From Octopus bimaculoides (lineage: Eukaryota), in assembly GCF_001194135.2 (NCBI RefSeq), contig NC_068986.1, positions 46,369,939 to 46,433,938 on the forward strand: a stretch of 64,000 bases of DNA, in the 5' to 3' direction. Below, piece by piece: positions 1 to 13,949 of the stretch. A model generated the notes under the pieces. It was not told the origin of the DNA. It saw only the letters and a list, made by a program, of their open reading frames with translations, and did not search any database. Numbering within the stretch: the first letter of the stretch is position 1; each line of letters begins with the position of its first letter. A program made the translations under genes and the position numbers.

Positions 1-180
1 TCTCTCTCTTTCTGTCTGTCTCTCTTTCTCTCTCTGTGAAAGTATCTGTCATTACAGAATCGAAATGTGATTGTTTCAGTTAGTGGAATAGTTTCATTTT
101 TAAAGTGAAAGTATTTGACATGAGTGTTTTTGTTTCACTTTTGACACGTAATACTTAAATAGTGGAAGAGATATTATGTT

Positions 181-362
181 GCCGTGTGCTCGAACTCTGC
201 AAGAAGTTTTAAATTTTTTTTGACTAAAACACAACTGGAATCCTACGCAAGGCATGTGTAAAATTTGAATGAAATTGGTTGCGCAGTTCTCAAGTTTTAG
301 GGAGACACACAGACAGACAGACAGACAGACAGACACACATTCTCATTTTTATATATATAGAT
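181..362 (+). mobile_element. Non-autonomous Helitron/Helentron-type (HINE/DINE-1/Lep1-like) 3' remnant
   Basis: aaatttgaatgaaattggttgcgcagttctcaagttttagggaga followed by (CAGA)n and an end of ttttatatatatagat. This layout resembles DINE-1/Lep1-like elements; judged by resemblance only. Confidence 0.45.
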
Positions 363-712
363 GACTTTGCATGACACAGTAAACTGAAACTACTTTTGGT
401 AAAATACAATCACTGCCACATATTAGAATTTAAATATGTAAAATGAAATTAAACAGAAGAGATTTTGCTGAATTATTCAATTATTTCGTTTAAAAAAAGA
501 ACAATGAACTATGATAAAAATATTGCATTCTGTAAAAAAAGTGTAATTTATTTAGTATAAAACATATCTTAGTCTGTGCATTACTGAAAATTATCATACT
601 TCTTTATATATCATGTGGGAAGCTTAAACAAAATGTTGGAGTCAAAATTAAGGGAGATGGGTGAGATATTATACTTGAGCGCAAGAAAAAAGTTGAGGAT
701 AAAAAGTATCAC

Positions 713-1101
713 TGATTGTATGGTAAGATGGTTGCTTCCCAACCACATGATTTTGGGCTCAGTTCTACTGCATGGGAAAGTGTCTTCTGTTACAGACTGG
801 GGTTGACCAAAGCTTTGCAAGTTGATTTGGTTGACAGAAACTGAAAGAAGCCCATCGTGCATGCATATGTATATGCATGTGTGTGTATGGTACTGTCATT
901 CTACCTCAACATTGTATGATAGTTGTAAACGTGTATCACTGTCATATAAGTGGTGTCTTTCATTTCTAGACTTCTGTAAAAACATGTTTGGTCATAGGGA
1001 AATAGTACCTTACTTGGAAACAGATGAGGGCTGGTAAAAGAAAACCTGCCTCAACAAATTATTTGAGACCCTTGCAAATATGGAAAAGTGGATGTTAAAA
1101 A
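713..1101 (+). mobile_element. tRNA-derived SINE, common head with RTE-type 3' tail (diverged)
   Basis: Head ggtaagatggttgcttcccaaccacatg...gaaactgaaagaagccc, internal microsatellite, tail ...gcaaatatggaaaagtggatgttaaa, which is shared with other copies in the window. Confidence 0.75.
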
Positions 1102-1587
1102 ACAAAAATGGAAACGTGGGGATTGCATTATATTCAACATCATATTGCGTTCAAGAAAATATATGTAAATTGTGCACACATTTGTATGTTTGTTTATGTG
1201 TATTATTAAATCTACAACATGAACTGAAAAGATAAGTTGCATGTCAGTGAAATGTATAAGTCATTGGTACCATAAACATTAGTTGACATACATACAATCA
1301 AAATGAGCAGTTAGTTGGGACAACTGTCTGAGTGTCAGACAAGATAAAACATGCTATAAAATATTTAGTTATGGCCTTTTACAAACTGAACTAGTTCAAT
1401 CTTGCTGAAATCAACTTTGCCTTTCACACTTCTAGGGTTAATAAAGTAAAGCACTAGTCAAGTATTGGGGTTGATTTGATTGGGTGTGCTTTCCCTCAAC
1501 ATGTATGGCTTTGTGTCTGTCTGTCCATCCATCCATCCATCCATCCATCCAAGTAGCTAGCAAGCTGTATCTATATCTATCACATGA

Positions 1588-1890
1588 CTTAATGGTTAGA
1601 GTATTTAGCTCAAGATTGTAAGGTTGTGAGTTTGATTCCTGGTGGTGCATTCTGCCCTTGAGCAAGACACTTTATTTCTTATTGCTCTGGTCCATTTGGC
1701 CAGCAAAAATTAGGCACATCTGTAATTCAGAAAAAGCTGCCTTATCACATTCTTTATCACACTGAATCTCCCTGAGAACTACATTAAGGGTATGCATGTC
1801 TGTGGAGTGCTCAGCCTCTTGTACATTAATGAGCAGGTTGTTTAATCGATCATATCAACTAGAATACTCATCATAATCAACAGAGAGCCA
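1588..1890 (+). mobile_element. tRNA-derived SINE (ccttgagcaagacac core; tail shared with the 55607-56001 family)
   Basis: A/B-box-like head (taatggttagag...gagtttgattcc), cttgagcaagacacttt core, and a tail cactgaatctccctgagaactacattaagggt matching the reverse complement of 55715-55770. Confidence 0.65.
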
Positions 1891-2192
1891 GGCCATATAC
1901 ATATATAAAAGCACTGAGAAGTATGATACATAACTAAAGATTGAACTCACTGGTGGGGTCTACTTTCTGTTCCCATATCCAGTGAAGTCCAACACAGGGT
2001 ATCAACATCGTGGTAGGTTGTGTGCAGAATATGAGCTAAATTACTGAAATAATTAACAGTAAATGGGTATGATATTCAGTGCTTTACAGAACATATACAT
2101 GTTTCATCAAAATGATGTAATAATGACGTCACTGCCACAGAAACATTAGGCAATCTTGCACATCACGTCATTAGTATCTTACAAAGAATGCA

Positions 2193-2612
2193 ATTATTAT
2201 TATTATTATTATGATGGCTGGGTTCCAGCCTAGGCTGCAGCAACAAAGTCCACCTGCTAAATGTCTCAGTCCATCCTCACTGTCCAAGATCCTAGATACA
2301 TTCCAGGCCAGTGTCTACAATCAAGTTGTCAATGTGAGTGTGACGATGTTTTCCTCTACTTACATTGCATGGACACTGGCTAAATGGATGCTACACAAGG
2401 ATGCTATGAATGGCCCTAAATGTGAAATAGCAGCAACATATGACAAATGAATGCCTTTATAGAGACCTGCCAAAAAGTTAGTGAGAAAATCAGGCAACGA
2501 TGACAGTGACTATCTGGTTACTGTGTGTTCCACCCTGGACTGGAAGTAACCAAATTAGTAATTAGTCTTGTGCAACTCACTTCATGGTAATGTAAGAAGA
2601 TGGAAAATACAC
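2193..2612. mobile_element. RTE-clade LINE 3' fragment with inverted 5' part
   Basis: Plus strand 2366-2612 gives AWTLAK..GCYTRML*MALNVK*QQHMTNECLYRDLPK-VSEKIRQR..SGYCVFHP. Minus strand 2368-2213 gives RGKHRHTHIDNLIVDTGLE...AGTQP followed by an (AAT)n tail. Both match RTE ORF C-terminal motifs. Confidence 0.7.
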
Positions 2613-2658
2613 TAGCAGATGTTAAAAGCACCCAACACACACACATGTATGTATGTAT

Positions 2659-2702
<44 letters not shown>

Positions 2703-3232
2703 TTATATGTATACTTTTATATGTATGTATATTATTTGCATATATTTAGAGCTTTTAACATGTTATTGCATTCATTGTGGAACACAAATGATATGAAGTG
2801 CAAGACTGCATAGTGTTTCTACAACTATTATGTAATTATTACATCGTTTTGCTGAAAATACTTGTACGTTCTATAAAGTATTGAATACCAATAACTGTTT
2901 TCTGTTAATTATTATTATCATTGTTATTATATAATCAAAATACTGAGATAGTAAAGATATCTAATGTGAATTTGTGAACACATGAGGAGAATACGTGTTT
3001 ATCTAATTCAGCCATTTTCTATTTCACCATCACTTTCAAATGTAGTTTTGAAAAATAATTTATAAATATAAGGATAAATAACAATCTGATTATTAGAAAC
3101 TTAAATTTCTGAAACAAGTTACCATTCAAAGTTATCTTTAATTAGTATAGTATCTGTCAATATTAAATTTCTAATTCTTACATGACACTTTGACTCCAAA
3201 AGTAAATGATATTAGTCTTTTCTCTATTACAG

Positions 3233-3303
3233 AATTGATATCAAAATCACATAGAAAGTCTCTTTTGAGAACTATCAAAGATTCAATGAACCGAGTTTTA
3301 TAG
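3233..3303 (+). CDS. Candidate terminal coding exon of an unidentified host gene (xLISKSHRKSLLRTIKDSMNRVL*)
   Basis: Strong acceptor agtcttttctctattacag; only one frame is open, ending at TAG 3301-3303, followed by repeat-poor UTR-like sequence. No homology recognised. Confidence 0.25.
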
Positions 3304-5231
3304 AAAATTCATATGAATGATGGACAGATTTTTACATTAGAGACTTGAAACATTTTATAATATTATATTTGAAAATGTATTTTCTTAACTATTAATTAGA
3401 GGTGCACTAAATAGCATTGATTGGAATACAAGAGTGTACAATTATATTTAACATGTTCATGTACACTTATACACAGAAAGTCATACACAACAGAAACATT
3501 CTCAAGAGAAAAATATTCACCTTACAGACAATATATGTTAAAAGCATATCATTGGGCAATGAATGACATTATAGGAACGTAGGATCCATGCATTTCTATA
3601 TCATTGTGTCATCAGCTATGGGTACCAAGTCATTCATAGCTGTCAAGAACTTGTGTGTTCTTATATTAGAGCAGCAAATGGTACATTTACTGATGTGTGC
3701 AAAGCTTTGTCAAGCTGGTATTAATTAGTGATACACCAAGCAGTGCTGAATGAAATGTAGGTGTGTATAATCATATTTAATATGATGATTTACACTCAGA
3801 AGTTGTGTTAAATGTATCTCTAATTAACTAATTCAAATTTGGCAAAGTTTTGTACACATCAGTAAATATACCATATGTTGTTCCAATGTAAGAGCAAATT
3901 CTTTGTGTCTATGAATGACAACTTGGTATCCAAAGCTGATAGGTAACATGCAATGACAAAGAAATGCATGCATCCTTCACTCTACATATTTTTCACATGT
4001 ATTTCCATTTCTAAGTGTAAACGAACATATGACTATACACATAATTTTCAACTATATATTACCAAGTACTAAAATTATAAATCTAGTTATGCTTTTTATA
4101 AATAGGTACAAAGTGTAGGGTTCTTTGAAAAGAGGATATATTAAGTTGTAAGGCTAATGATTTTGCAAATATTATACATCATATTTTTAAAGTAGTGGTC
4201 TCTTTCAGAACGGCCAGTATAAACTGAAATGTAAGCTTCAGAATTTCATTAGAAATTATAATTCTGAAAGAACGCAAAAAAAAAAAAGAGAAAAAAGTAT
4301 TCTGTCCACCTAAACATCAATTGCAGACAATTCTAGTGTAGTAATTGTTGAAAATTTCAAAAGCTTCTGTGTATTTCATTTTCTGATAAATTGAAGTATA
4401 ATCGGGTCAAGAGTTTTGATAGAAATCAAGAAAAATGATTTATACATTTTAACATTAAAAGAAGTATGTACTAACGGATTGCATATTTTCTAGGACTTCT
4501 GTTGACATAGACAGAGGAAATGAAAGCTTTTGAGTGAGAGAGAGTGTGTGTGTCACAGACAGACAGACTGATACAGAGAAAGAGACATGAGGAGTAGAAG
4601 AGTTTGTGTGTAGCTATGTGTTTGTCTGTTTCTATGTGAATCAGTGTGTAGGAACTTTCTTTATACTGCATTGGACAGCTTTCCACACTAGTAAAAAAAA
4701 GAAATAGGAAATTAAATACTTTGGATTATAATGAGGGCAAGTATGAGTTTCCTTTACAACAACTTTGAAGGAGTTTTAATTTTTTTTTTTCAAAGAAATT
4801 ATTCTTTTTTTCTTTCTTTCACTGTTTGTAAATATTTGTTTTGCTGATATGAAATCACAATTACATTGCAATGTAGTTTCTGTAGCAACTTATGAAAGAA
4901 GCATTTTGATATGAAATTACTTTTCTAAATTCTAACTTTACATGCTACAGTTATAAGCTTTCTCTAATGATCTGAATAATTCTGTTCATTAAAATCTCAG
5001 CAAAATATTTTGTTTTTTAAAGAAGCTCATAACAAAAGATCAGTAAGAAAAAAAAATTTTTAATCTCAAACTATCGAATACAAGTTTTCCACATAAGCAT
5101 GATCTCATATTTCAGATTTGAAATGTAAGGAGTAAAAATAAACATTAACTCAAGTATAGCAAGTACAGAGAAATATGAAAATCAAATTCATGATAATATT
5201 CAGAACTTGTAATGTTTTTTAAAATTTAGGC

Positions 5232-5313
5232 GTGGCTAAATTTTTAAAATTTAGGTTAAGAAGCTTGCTTCTCTGTCATGTAATCTTGGGTTCAATCCTA
5301 CTGTGCAGCACTT
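5232..5313 (+). mobile_element. SINE head (main family), cut by assembly gap
   Basis: ggttaagaagcttgcttctctgtcatgtaatcttgggttcaatcctactgtgcagcactt matches the head of the other copies. Confidence 0.6.
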
Positions 5314-5637
5314 NNNNNNNNNNNNNNNNNNNNNNNNNNNNNNNNNNNNNNNNNNNNNNNNNNNNNNNNNNNNNNNNNNNNNNNNNNNNNNNNNNNNNNN
5401 NNNNNNNNNNNNNNNNNNNNNNNNNNNNNNNNNNNNNNNNNNNNNNNNNNNNNNNNNNNNNNNNNNNNNNNNNNNNNNNNNNNNNNNNNNNNNNNNNNNN
5501 NNNNNNNNNNNNNNNNNNNNNNNNNNNNNNNNNNNNNNNNNNNNNNNNNNNNNNNNNNNNNNNNNNNNNNNNNNNNNNNNNNNNNNNNNNNNNNNNNNNN
5601 NNNNNNNNNNNNNNNNNNNNNNNNNNNNNNNNNNNNN

Positions 5638-6002
5638 ATATACTCTTTTACTCTTTTACTTGTTTCAGTCATTTGACTGTGGCCATGCTGGAGCACCACC
5701 TTTAGTCGAGCAAATCGACCCCAGGACTTATTCTTTGTAAGCCTAGTACTTATTCTATCGTCTCTTTTGCCGAACCGCTAAGTTACGGGGACGTAAACAC
5801 ACCAGAATCGGTTGTCAAGCGATGTTGGGGGTCAAACACAGACACGCAAACATATACACACACATACATATATACACATATATACGACGGACTTCTTTCA
5901 GTTTCCGTCTACCAAATCCACTCACAAGGCTTTGGTCGGCCCGAGGCTATAGTAGAAGACACTTGCCCAAGGTGCCACGTAGTGGGACTGAACCCGGAAC
6001 CT
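5638..6002 (-). mobile_element. Main tRNA-derived SINE, little-diverged copy
   Basis: Reverse complement of the family consensus seen at 14542-15077: (tactctt)n tail, gcctagtacttattctatc, ccgctaagttacggggacgtaaacacacc, internal microsatellite, aaggtgccacgtagtgggactgaacc. Confidence 0.9.
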
Positions 6003-6065
6003 TAAAAACCGATAGTTCCAGACTTTAAAATGTCATAAATGATAAATAATACTGATTCTGACAGA

Positions 6066-6375
6066 CTATCTTTTACCTTTTAGTTGTTTTAGTCATTAGA
6101 CTGCAATCATTCTGGACAGTGCCATGAGAGATTTAGTTGAAAAGTACATTTTTTCAAAAAGTCTGATACTTATTCTATTGGTCTCTTTTGTTGAACCACT
6201 AATTTACTAAGAACCAACACTAATTATCAAGCAGTGGAGGAGGATGAACACACACACACACACACACACGTATATACAATGGCCTTCTTTCAGTTTCTGT
6301 CCACCAAATTCATTCACAAAGATTTGGCTGGCCTGGGGCTATGAAAGAAAACACTTGCCTAAGGTGCGAAGGCAC
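6066..6375 (-). mobile_element. Main SINE, diverged copy
   Basis: Same motifs as 5638-6002 with more substitutions. Confidence 0.8.
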
Positions 6376-7764
6376 AAAACTAGAAGTTTTGCAGGAAGTA
6401 TACTCAATGAGACTTACTGGTACATATTTTATCAACTGATGATGAAAGGAAAGGTAAGTTGACCTCCATGTGATTATGAGGCTTTCAGTGGATCACAAGA
6501 CGACAGCATGCAATGAAATATAAAGTTATAGATAACAGCAATGACCACACCAAAAGCAACAACAATAACGTCAATAATAGCAAGACAAATAGCAGCAACA
6601 ACATCAAGGAATAGGCCTCATTATAAGAATGAAAATAAACACATTATTGATTGAGATTGTGTTAGTAGTGATGATGATACTGATGCTAGATACTCTATCA
6701 TATTTTCATTGCTAGCACTCACCACTTTTTATAATAATATTGATTTCTTACATAGGTACAGAGCCATACATTAGAGGGATGGAACAGTTGATTATATTGA
6801 CCTCAGTATTTGACTGATACTTTATTTTATCAACTTTAGAAGTATGAAAAACAAAACTGACTTTTGCCAAAATGTATAAAAATAGAGATTTAATTGCAGA
6901 CAATCTAATAATTAAAAAAAAATATATATATAAATATATTTATCAACTAGAATGTGAATGCTTGCAGTCTAGGAGTTAAGTGTTCATGGTCCTAAAGTTT
7001 TCAGGTTTGGTTTCATGATCCTAAAGTTTCAAAAGTTTAGTTTCTGGTGGTGATGACATATTGTCTGTTAGACAGGCACTTCATTTCACATTGTTACAGA
7101 CTACTTTAGTAAAATAAGTACCTTCTATTGCTGTAGATTAACCATTTCACAGATTGGCATTGTATTCTCAGTCACTTATATGCTGCAGGAACAGTAATAT
7201 GTTCCTGTCTAATGAACTTGTAAGCTTATACGGATTGTAATTCAGCTACGTTGCTACATTTATCATGAACAATTTGTTTTAATCAAACACCCATGTAAAT
7301 AAAATAGATAATGGCATGTACCTTTATAAAATTGAAAGTCCTATATTGGTAAAAGTGATCCAAATGAAATGGAAGGAAAAAAATATTCAAGAGGAAGGAA
7401 CACAATGCACTTGCTAACAAAATAGATTTATTCAAAACACATACTGTATTTGATGATATATAGGACACACTGTTTATTTTTTTTCAAAAAATTTCTCAAA
7501 ATATTACAGCAGGTCCTATATTTGGTAGTGAGCTCCCTATATGCTAATTTTGTCCCTGGCACTCACTTTTATCTTAATATACACAACTGATATTGCAGTG
7601 TGTCTAATGTACCTATGCAGCTTTTATGACATCAAATATGGTAATTTAGGAATAAACATCTAACTTTGAGACCCATTAATTAGAAATACTTTACTAGTTA
7701 TATATTGTTAAGATTTTTGACTAGATAAACATTTGCAAGCAGAGAGCCCAAGTTTGCAAGTAGT

Positions 7765-8160
7765 TGTTGCTGTGTGGTTAAGAAGCTTGCTTCCCAACCA
7801 CTTCATTGTGGGTTGAGTCCCACTGTGTGGCACTCTAGGCAAGTGTCTTTTACTATATCCCCAAACTAAGTAAAACCTTGAGTATGGGTTTGGTTAGCAG
7901 AAACTGAAAGAAGCCTGTTGTGTATGTATATACAAATGTATGTGCATATTAGTATCTTCTTGCCTTGACAAGTATTATTCTTTGTTTCCAATTTTCTACA
8001 TAGAATATGTCCAGCTATAGGGAAGAATTACTTTTCTTGGAAACAGGTGAGGGTTGATAACTGCGAAGTTATCCAGCCATAGCAAGATTTGCTTCAACAA
8101 ATTCCATGCTGTCATGGAAAAATGGACATTAAATGATGATGATAACATGATGATGATGAT
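7765..8160 (+). mobile_element. SINE with common head and RTE-type tail
   Basis: gctgtgtggttaagaagcttgcttcccaacc head; tail ggaaacaggtgagggttg...catggaaaaatggacattaaatgatgatgat. Confidence 0.8.
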
Positions 8161-8934
8161 ATTATTGGATAACTAAAATCAACTTTGTTTCAGAATACCT
8201 AAAGCAAAGAGGCTATCTATCAAATATTTATAAATATTTTGATAAGTTCAAAAGGACCTGTAAAATCAGAAGCTTAACTCTAGCTTTACATTAAGTAGAT
8301 TATGATTTCTGAATATTATGCCAGCTGGAAGATCTGCTACCTTTCCCCAATGGCTTGGTGAACTGAAGTTCATGGAATTAAGAGATGCAGTGAATTTCCA
8401 TGCATGATTTACAAATAGGTTGCCCCAAGATATAGCCATTCAGCAATATATTTCCCTTTTACTCTTCCATAGACCTAATAGATTGATGCTTACAAATACA
8501 ACCTTTTCCTACTATATCTATAATATGTGTGGTATACAATTAGTACAGTAGAATTAAGGTCGCTTGGGAACTAATGGAATAACCTAAGAAATGTGTAATT
8601 AGCATTAAGTATTAATATTTGATCAAGGAAACAAATGTTTTCCCTGAACATATAGATTTATTTTGTGAAATTGAATCTAATTTCCTGAAACTATTTCCCT
8701 TCTTTAAAATACTCTGATTATCAGTGCTTTTTTTTTTTTTTGCTTATTTTTTCCAGCAATGTGAAAATTTTGAATTAATTGACTCTTTTTTTCCAATATG
8801 TTATAGAGTACATTACCAATCAGCTTATTTGTATAATATTCAAATCTGCATGATGACAGGCATTTTATTCAATCTTGTAGCAAACTTTTCAGGTGGCAAT
8901 TGGTAGTGAAGAATCATTTAGAAATATTTTATAT

Positions 8935-9293
8935 ATTCTTTTACTTGTTTCAGTCATTTGACTGTGGCCATGCTGGAGCACCACCTTTAGTCGAATAAAT
9001 CAACCCCAGGACTTATTCTTTGTCAGCCTAGTACTTATTCTATCAGTCTCCCACACTGAACTGCTAAGTTATGGGGATGTAAGCACATCATCATCAGCTG
9101 ACAAGCAATAGTGGGCGGACAAACACATACACACACACACATATGACAGTAATCCTTCAGTTTCTGCCTACCAAATCCATTCATAAGGCTTTGATTGGCC
9201 TGAGGCCATAGCAGAAGACACTTGCCCAAGGTACATGCAGTGAGACTGAACCTGGAACCATGTGGCTTGGAAGCAAGCCTCCCACCACACTGC
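8935..9293 (-). mobile_element. Main SINE
   Basis: tttacttgtttcagtcatttgactgtggccatgctggagcaccacc...gaacctggaaccatgtggcttggaagc. Confidence 0.9.
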
Positions 9294-9303
9294 NNNNNNN
9301 NNN

Positions 9304-9640
9304 AAGACACAGTTCAAAAAGCAAAATTCACCAAAAGAAGTTGATGGTGTGTGTTTGGTGGTTTGGCGCAAGTGTGATCCATTATGATTTCATTAAACCT
9401 GGCTCAGCCTAGATTAATCAGCAGATCCACTCCTATTTTATTGCAAGTCAATGCCAGATCACACATCACAAAAATGACATTAGCAAAAACTACAGGATTT
9501 GAAGTTAGAGGTTCTCCAGCACTCACCATACTCACCTGATCTTGCCCCCACTGACTACCATTTCTTGTAGAATTTGGATAACTTTTTGATAGGAAAAAGT
9601 TTACTTCCAACGATGTTGTAAAACAGGCCTTCTGAGATTA
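9304..9640 (+). mobile_element. Mariner transposase pseudogene fragment (catalytic region)
   Basis: Translates across stops and frameshifts as KIHQKKLMVCVWWFGASVIHYDFIKPG..ILLQVNARSH..LQDLKLEVLQHSPYSPDLAPTDYHFL*NLDNFL, containing the mariner YSPDLAPxD motif. Confidence 0.9.
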
Positions 9641-11194
9641 TATATGTGCACATATACATCACCATCAGCATCATTATTGTTTTAATGTCTACTTTTCCAT
9701 ACTTGCATGGGTCAGATGAGTGTAAATTTGGGCAGAGTTTTCCAAACCAGATGTCCTTCCTAATATCAACTTCTGTCAGTATTGAAGCAACCTAATAATG
9801 TCACAGTAAATCAATCAACAAATGTCCTGGACATGGTTATGTCAAGAAAGGGAAACAAAAGACACCATCTGAACGAGCTGTTTGTTTACCCTTGAACACA
9901 TGAAGATGGGATCAGATAATTAACTCACTCACACAAACACACATTCTGTAACCCTATGCAATTGTCTTATTCTAAAGTGCAAATATATAACCAGTAACAT
10001 TGTAAAAATGAGATTTAAGATAGAAATGATAAGGAACTGGATTGTAAATGTTCATTATATTGATAAAACAATATCTAATTTGCATGTGTTTTCAAAATAT
10101 TTTACAAATTTAGAAATATGCAGTAAAATTAAAGATAGTAAAAATAATCCTGGATGGAGTTAGACCATTTGGATAATTAAAACTACATTTTTCTTTTGCA
10201 ATATTGAATCAAAATTGACCATATTGATCTTCAGCATAGAAAGCTGAATCATTGATTTAAACTTAATAGGTTTGCAAAATAAAGTTTATATTTAACCCAG
10301 TTTATTTCTAAAAGATACTCCTTTTCATTTTAGTGAATGTAAATTTTTCAATTCATAATAATATTGAACTTAGAAAAAACAAAGAGAATCTTGCAAAAAA
10401 CAACAAAAACAACAAAAAAAAAAATCAATCACATTTTACTACTTCAAAACAATTGTATTTTGCCTTATTATATTCTCTGCAATTCAAGTAGAAATCAATA
10501 CAAACATAAACAAGTTTTATTCCAAGACAATTGCAAAAAGGAAGTAATACAAATAATAACATGAAGAGCTAAGTTTCTTGAATACAGGATTGCACAAGTT
10601 TGTGCAATATTTGAGAGAATAAATGAGAAACAAATTATCTTTGAATTGTTCCCATAATTAACAAAAAATTGTCCACATGCTGCTTTATACATGTTGACAA
10701 TCAAATAATCTAGGATAGCAAATATTTCAATTTTTAATCAATTTTTGGAAGTAATATTTGGTTTGTATTAATAAAAGAATTAAAAACATAGTTTCCAGGT
10801 TCAATCCCACTGCATGACATCTTGGGCAAGTGTCTTATACTAAAGCCCTGTGTTGACCGATGCCTTGCAATTGCACTTCATAGATGTAAACTGAAAGAAG
10901 CCCTTTGTATATATACATATACGCATGTTTGAAACATTATATATCTGCACAGACTGTCATTAAACATGCACACATACACAGATACACGTTTAGTGCACAA
11001 ATAATACTATCAGTTAACTCTAAAATGTAGCTCCTTTAGTTTATTTTTGGATTTATGCTTCATATTCTTTACTTTATTTGAGGATTGATAGTGAGATAGC
11101 TTTATAGAGTATATGTACGTATGTATGCATGTATGCGTGTGTGCATGCATGTATGTGAATATTGTCTTTATATGTATGCATGTGTATATATGTG

Positions 11195-11233
<39 letters not shown>

Positions 11234-11654
11234 AAATAACGATAGAGACTGATTTCACCACATACACAGAATGATGAACTTCTACTAATTATGAAATTAC
11301 TATTTGATATAGGTATTTTGTATGCAAACTTGCCTGAGTGAATAAGCATTTGTTTGTAAATGTGTGAATGTATGTACATGAATGTGTTTGAGAATATTCA
11401 TATGATGTGTGTGCATATGTTGGTATCATTATCAATGGTCTTAGAATGGCATTTCCATGCTTCTAAATCAGCTGTGCATGAAATTTCAATAGTGTATGCT
11501 GTTTTACTATGCAACCATGTATCTCTACAAAACCAAATCCTCTTTTTAACAAACCAAGCTTCCTGTCTCAATCTTTAAATCCTATTTATTTCTCTTCATT
11601 TCTCTCCAAACTTTTTATTCTGTTTATATATTTGTTTGTTTCCTTGTTTATTCA

Positions 11655-11816
11655 TTTCTTTTATCTTTTACTTGCTTCAGTCATTAAACTGTGGCCATAG
11701 TTTTCTAAGTACTTTTTTCTAAGCCTGGTATACTTATTCTATCGATCTCTTTGGCCAAACCATTAAGTTACATAAACACACCAACACCAGCTGTCAAGCA
11801 GTGTTTGACACAAACA

Positions 11817-11853
<37 letters not shown>

Positions 11854-12690
11854 ACACACCACACACACGTTTTTTTTCTTTTATTTGTTCCAGTCATGTG
11901 ACTGTGGCCATGGTGGAGCACCGCCTTTAGTCAAAGAAATTGACCCAAAGACTTATTTTTTGTAAGCCTAGTACTTATTCTATTGGTCTCTTTTGCCAAA
12001 CCGCTAAGTTGTAGGGATGTAAACACACCAACATCGGTTGTCAAGTAATGATGATGAGACAAACACAGACACACAAACATATACATATATATATATATAT
12101 ATATAAATATATGATGGGCTTCTTACAGTTTCCATCCACTAAAACCACTAACAAGGTGTTAGTTTGCCCGAGGCTATCATAGAAGACACTTGCCCTAGGT
12201 GCCATGCAGTGGAACTGANNNNNNNNNNNNNNNNNNNNNNNNNNNNNNNNNNNNNNNNNNNNNNNNNNNNNNNNNNNNNNNNNNNNNNNNNNNNNNNNNN
12301 NNNNNNNNNNNNNNNNNNNNNNNNNNNNNNNNNNNNNNNNNNNNNNNNNNNNNNNNNNNNNNNNNNNNNNNNNNNNNNNNNNNNNNNNNNNNNNNNNNNN
12401 NNNNNNNNNNNNNNNNNNNNNNNNNNNNNNNNNNNNNNNNNNNNNNNNNNNNNNNNNNNNNNNNNNNNNNNNNNNNNNNNNNNNNNNNNNNNNNNNNNNN
12501 NNNTATATATATATATATATATATATGCAACGGGCTTCTTTCAGTTCCATCTATCTACCAAGTCAACTCAGAAGGTTTCGTTTGGCCTGAGTCTATACTA
12601 GAAGACACTTGCCCTAGATGCCACTTGCCCACGATGCCACCCAGTGGGACTGAATCTAGAACCATGTGGCTGAGAAGCAAGTTTCTTGTG
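11655..12690 (-). mobile_element. Cluster of three main-family SINE copies (about 11655-11830, 11875-12218, 12504-12690) around a gap
   Basis: Repeated tail, core and head motifs, all on the minus strand. Confidence 0.8.
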
Positions 12691-13949
12691 GTTTGTTCAT
12701 TTATATACAAAGGGATGGTCAACCAAATCTTTAGAAATTAAATAAACTTATTTAAAAATTTATTTTATTGTATTTAGTTTATTTTAGTGTATTCTTTTTT
12801 TGAATTCATATTTATCTACTGTCCTCACTTCCTTAATGCATTCCATAAATGGCAATTCTAGTATTTGTAAAGAATGAAATCTGCAGAATACATCAATTAT
12901 CTGTAACTATATAATAAAACTATCTGGTACTATATAATACTTATGGTGTTTTTACTTGCTATAAAATGTTCTGAAGTGAAGCCTGCTAATTTTGTTACAG
13001 TACAATTACATTTATGTGTCTATATGTGTGTGTGTGTGTTTATTTATTTATTTATTGATGCATGACAAATGATATAACATCACTCACGTAACTAACATAC
13101 ATTACAAAATAGCTATCAACTAATGGAATAAGCATCCATTCTCTCACTTCACTTCTCTTATCTAATCAATTTTTATACATATGCTTCACCATTGTGATTC
13201 GTGTATTTCGAACCTAACTCCAGTTTTCTCAATAGCCATACACCAATATACACACTTACATACATACATATATATGAATATACATACGTATGTATGGGGT
13301 TAGCAAATCTGTTTTGTTTGAACAGTAGTTTTTACATTTAAACAGTTTATAATTCTGGACATGTAGAAATGAAATAAGAGAGGGTCCTGTTAGCAATCAA
13401 GTAGGCAGAGAAAGTTGAATAATGTCTCTTGTCAAGAAACATGATAAAAAGGTTGTACAAGGTTTAAAAATGACCTTTTGATAATGGCAGTAATTATAAT
13501 TTTAGATCTTACAGAGAATATATTGATACTTGAAAATGTTTGACCTGTATTTTTTTTTTACATCTTAATTCAATTATTTCAAAACTTTAACAGGTCACCA
13601 ACATAAAGTTCAAGTAGTTTACAGCTTCATTTACAAGAAAATAAATTTTCATGGGGACACTAAATAGTTGAAATATGTTATCAAAGAAAATTGTTAATGC
13701 CATTTCCATGTATCTAAACTGGAGAAGCACTGGGAAGATGTTCTCTGTAGAAATAGTTTCTTCTGGTATTAGTGCTGACATTTAAATCGCCTTTCTTTTT
13801 TTTTCAGCCTATTCACCATATGTATTATTATTATCATAGTCATCATCATCATCATTGGTATCACATATATATATAATTTTATAGTTTGTGAACAAGCTGA
13901 AAAATAACTTTTAAAAACTAATCCAAGTATAACTAGAGGAGTTGTTTAA

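Noticed and set aside
1983-2012. 30-nt microexon phase-compatible with the 3233 exon
   Set aside because: It lies in a GC-richer segment that looks like an interspersed repeat, and such short AG..GT windows are common by chance.
4179-4263. Overlapping candidates: plus microexon 4209-4230 (NGQYKLK) and minus terminal exon 4263-4179
   Set aside because: Equally good signals on both strands show how easily these arise; no homology support.
8174-8420. EYLKQRGYLSNIYKYF.. after a ttcag acceptor
   Set aside because: No good donor, interrupted by stops, and cannot be assigned to an exon or an element.
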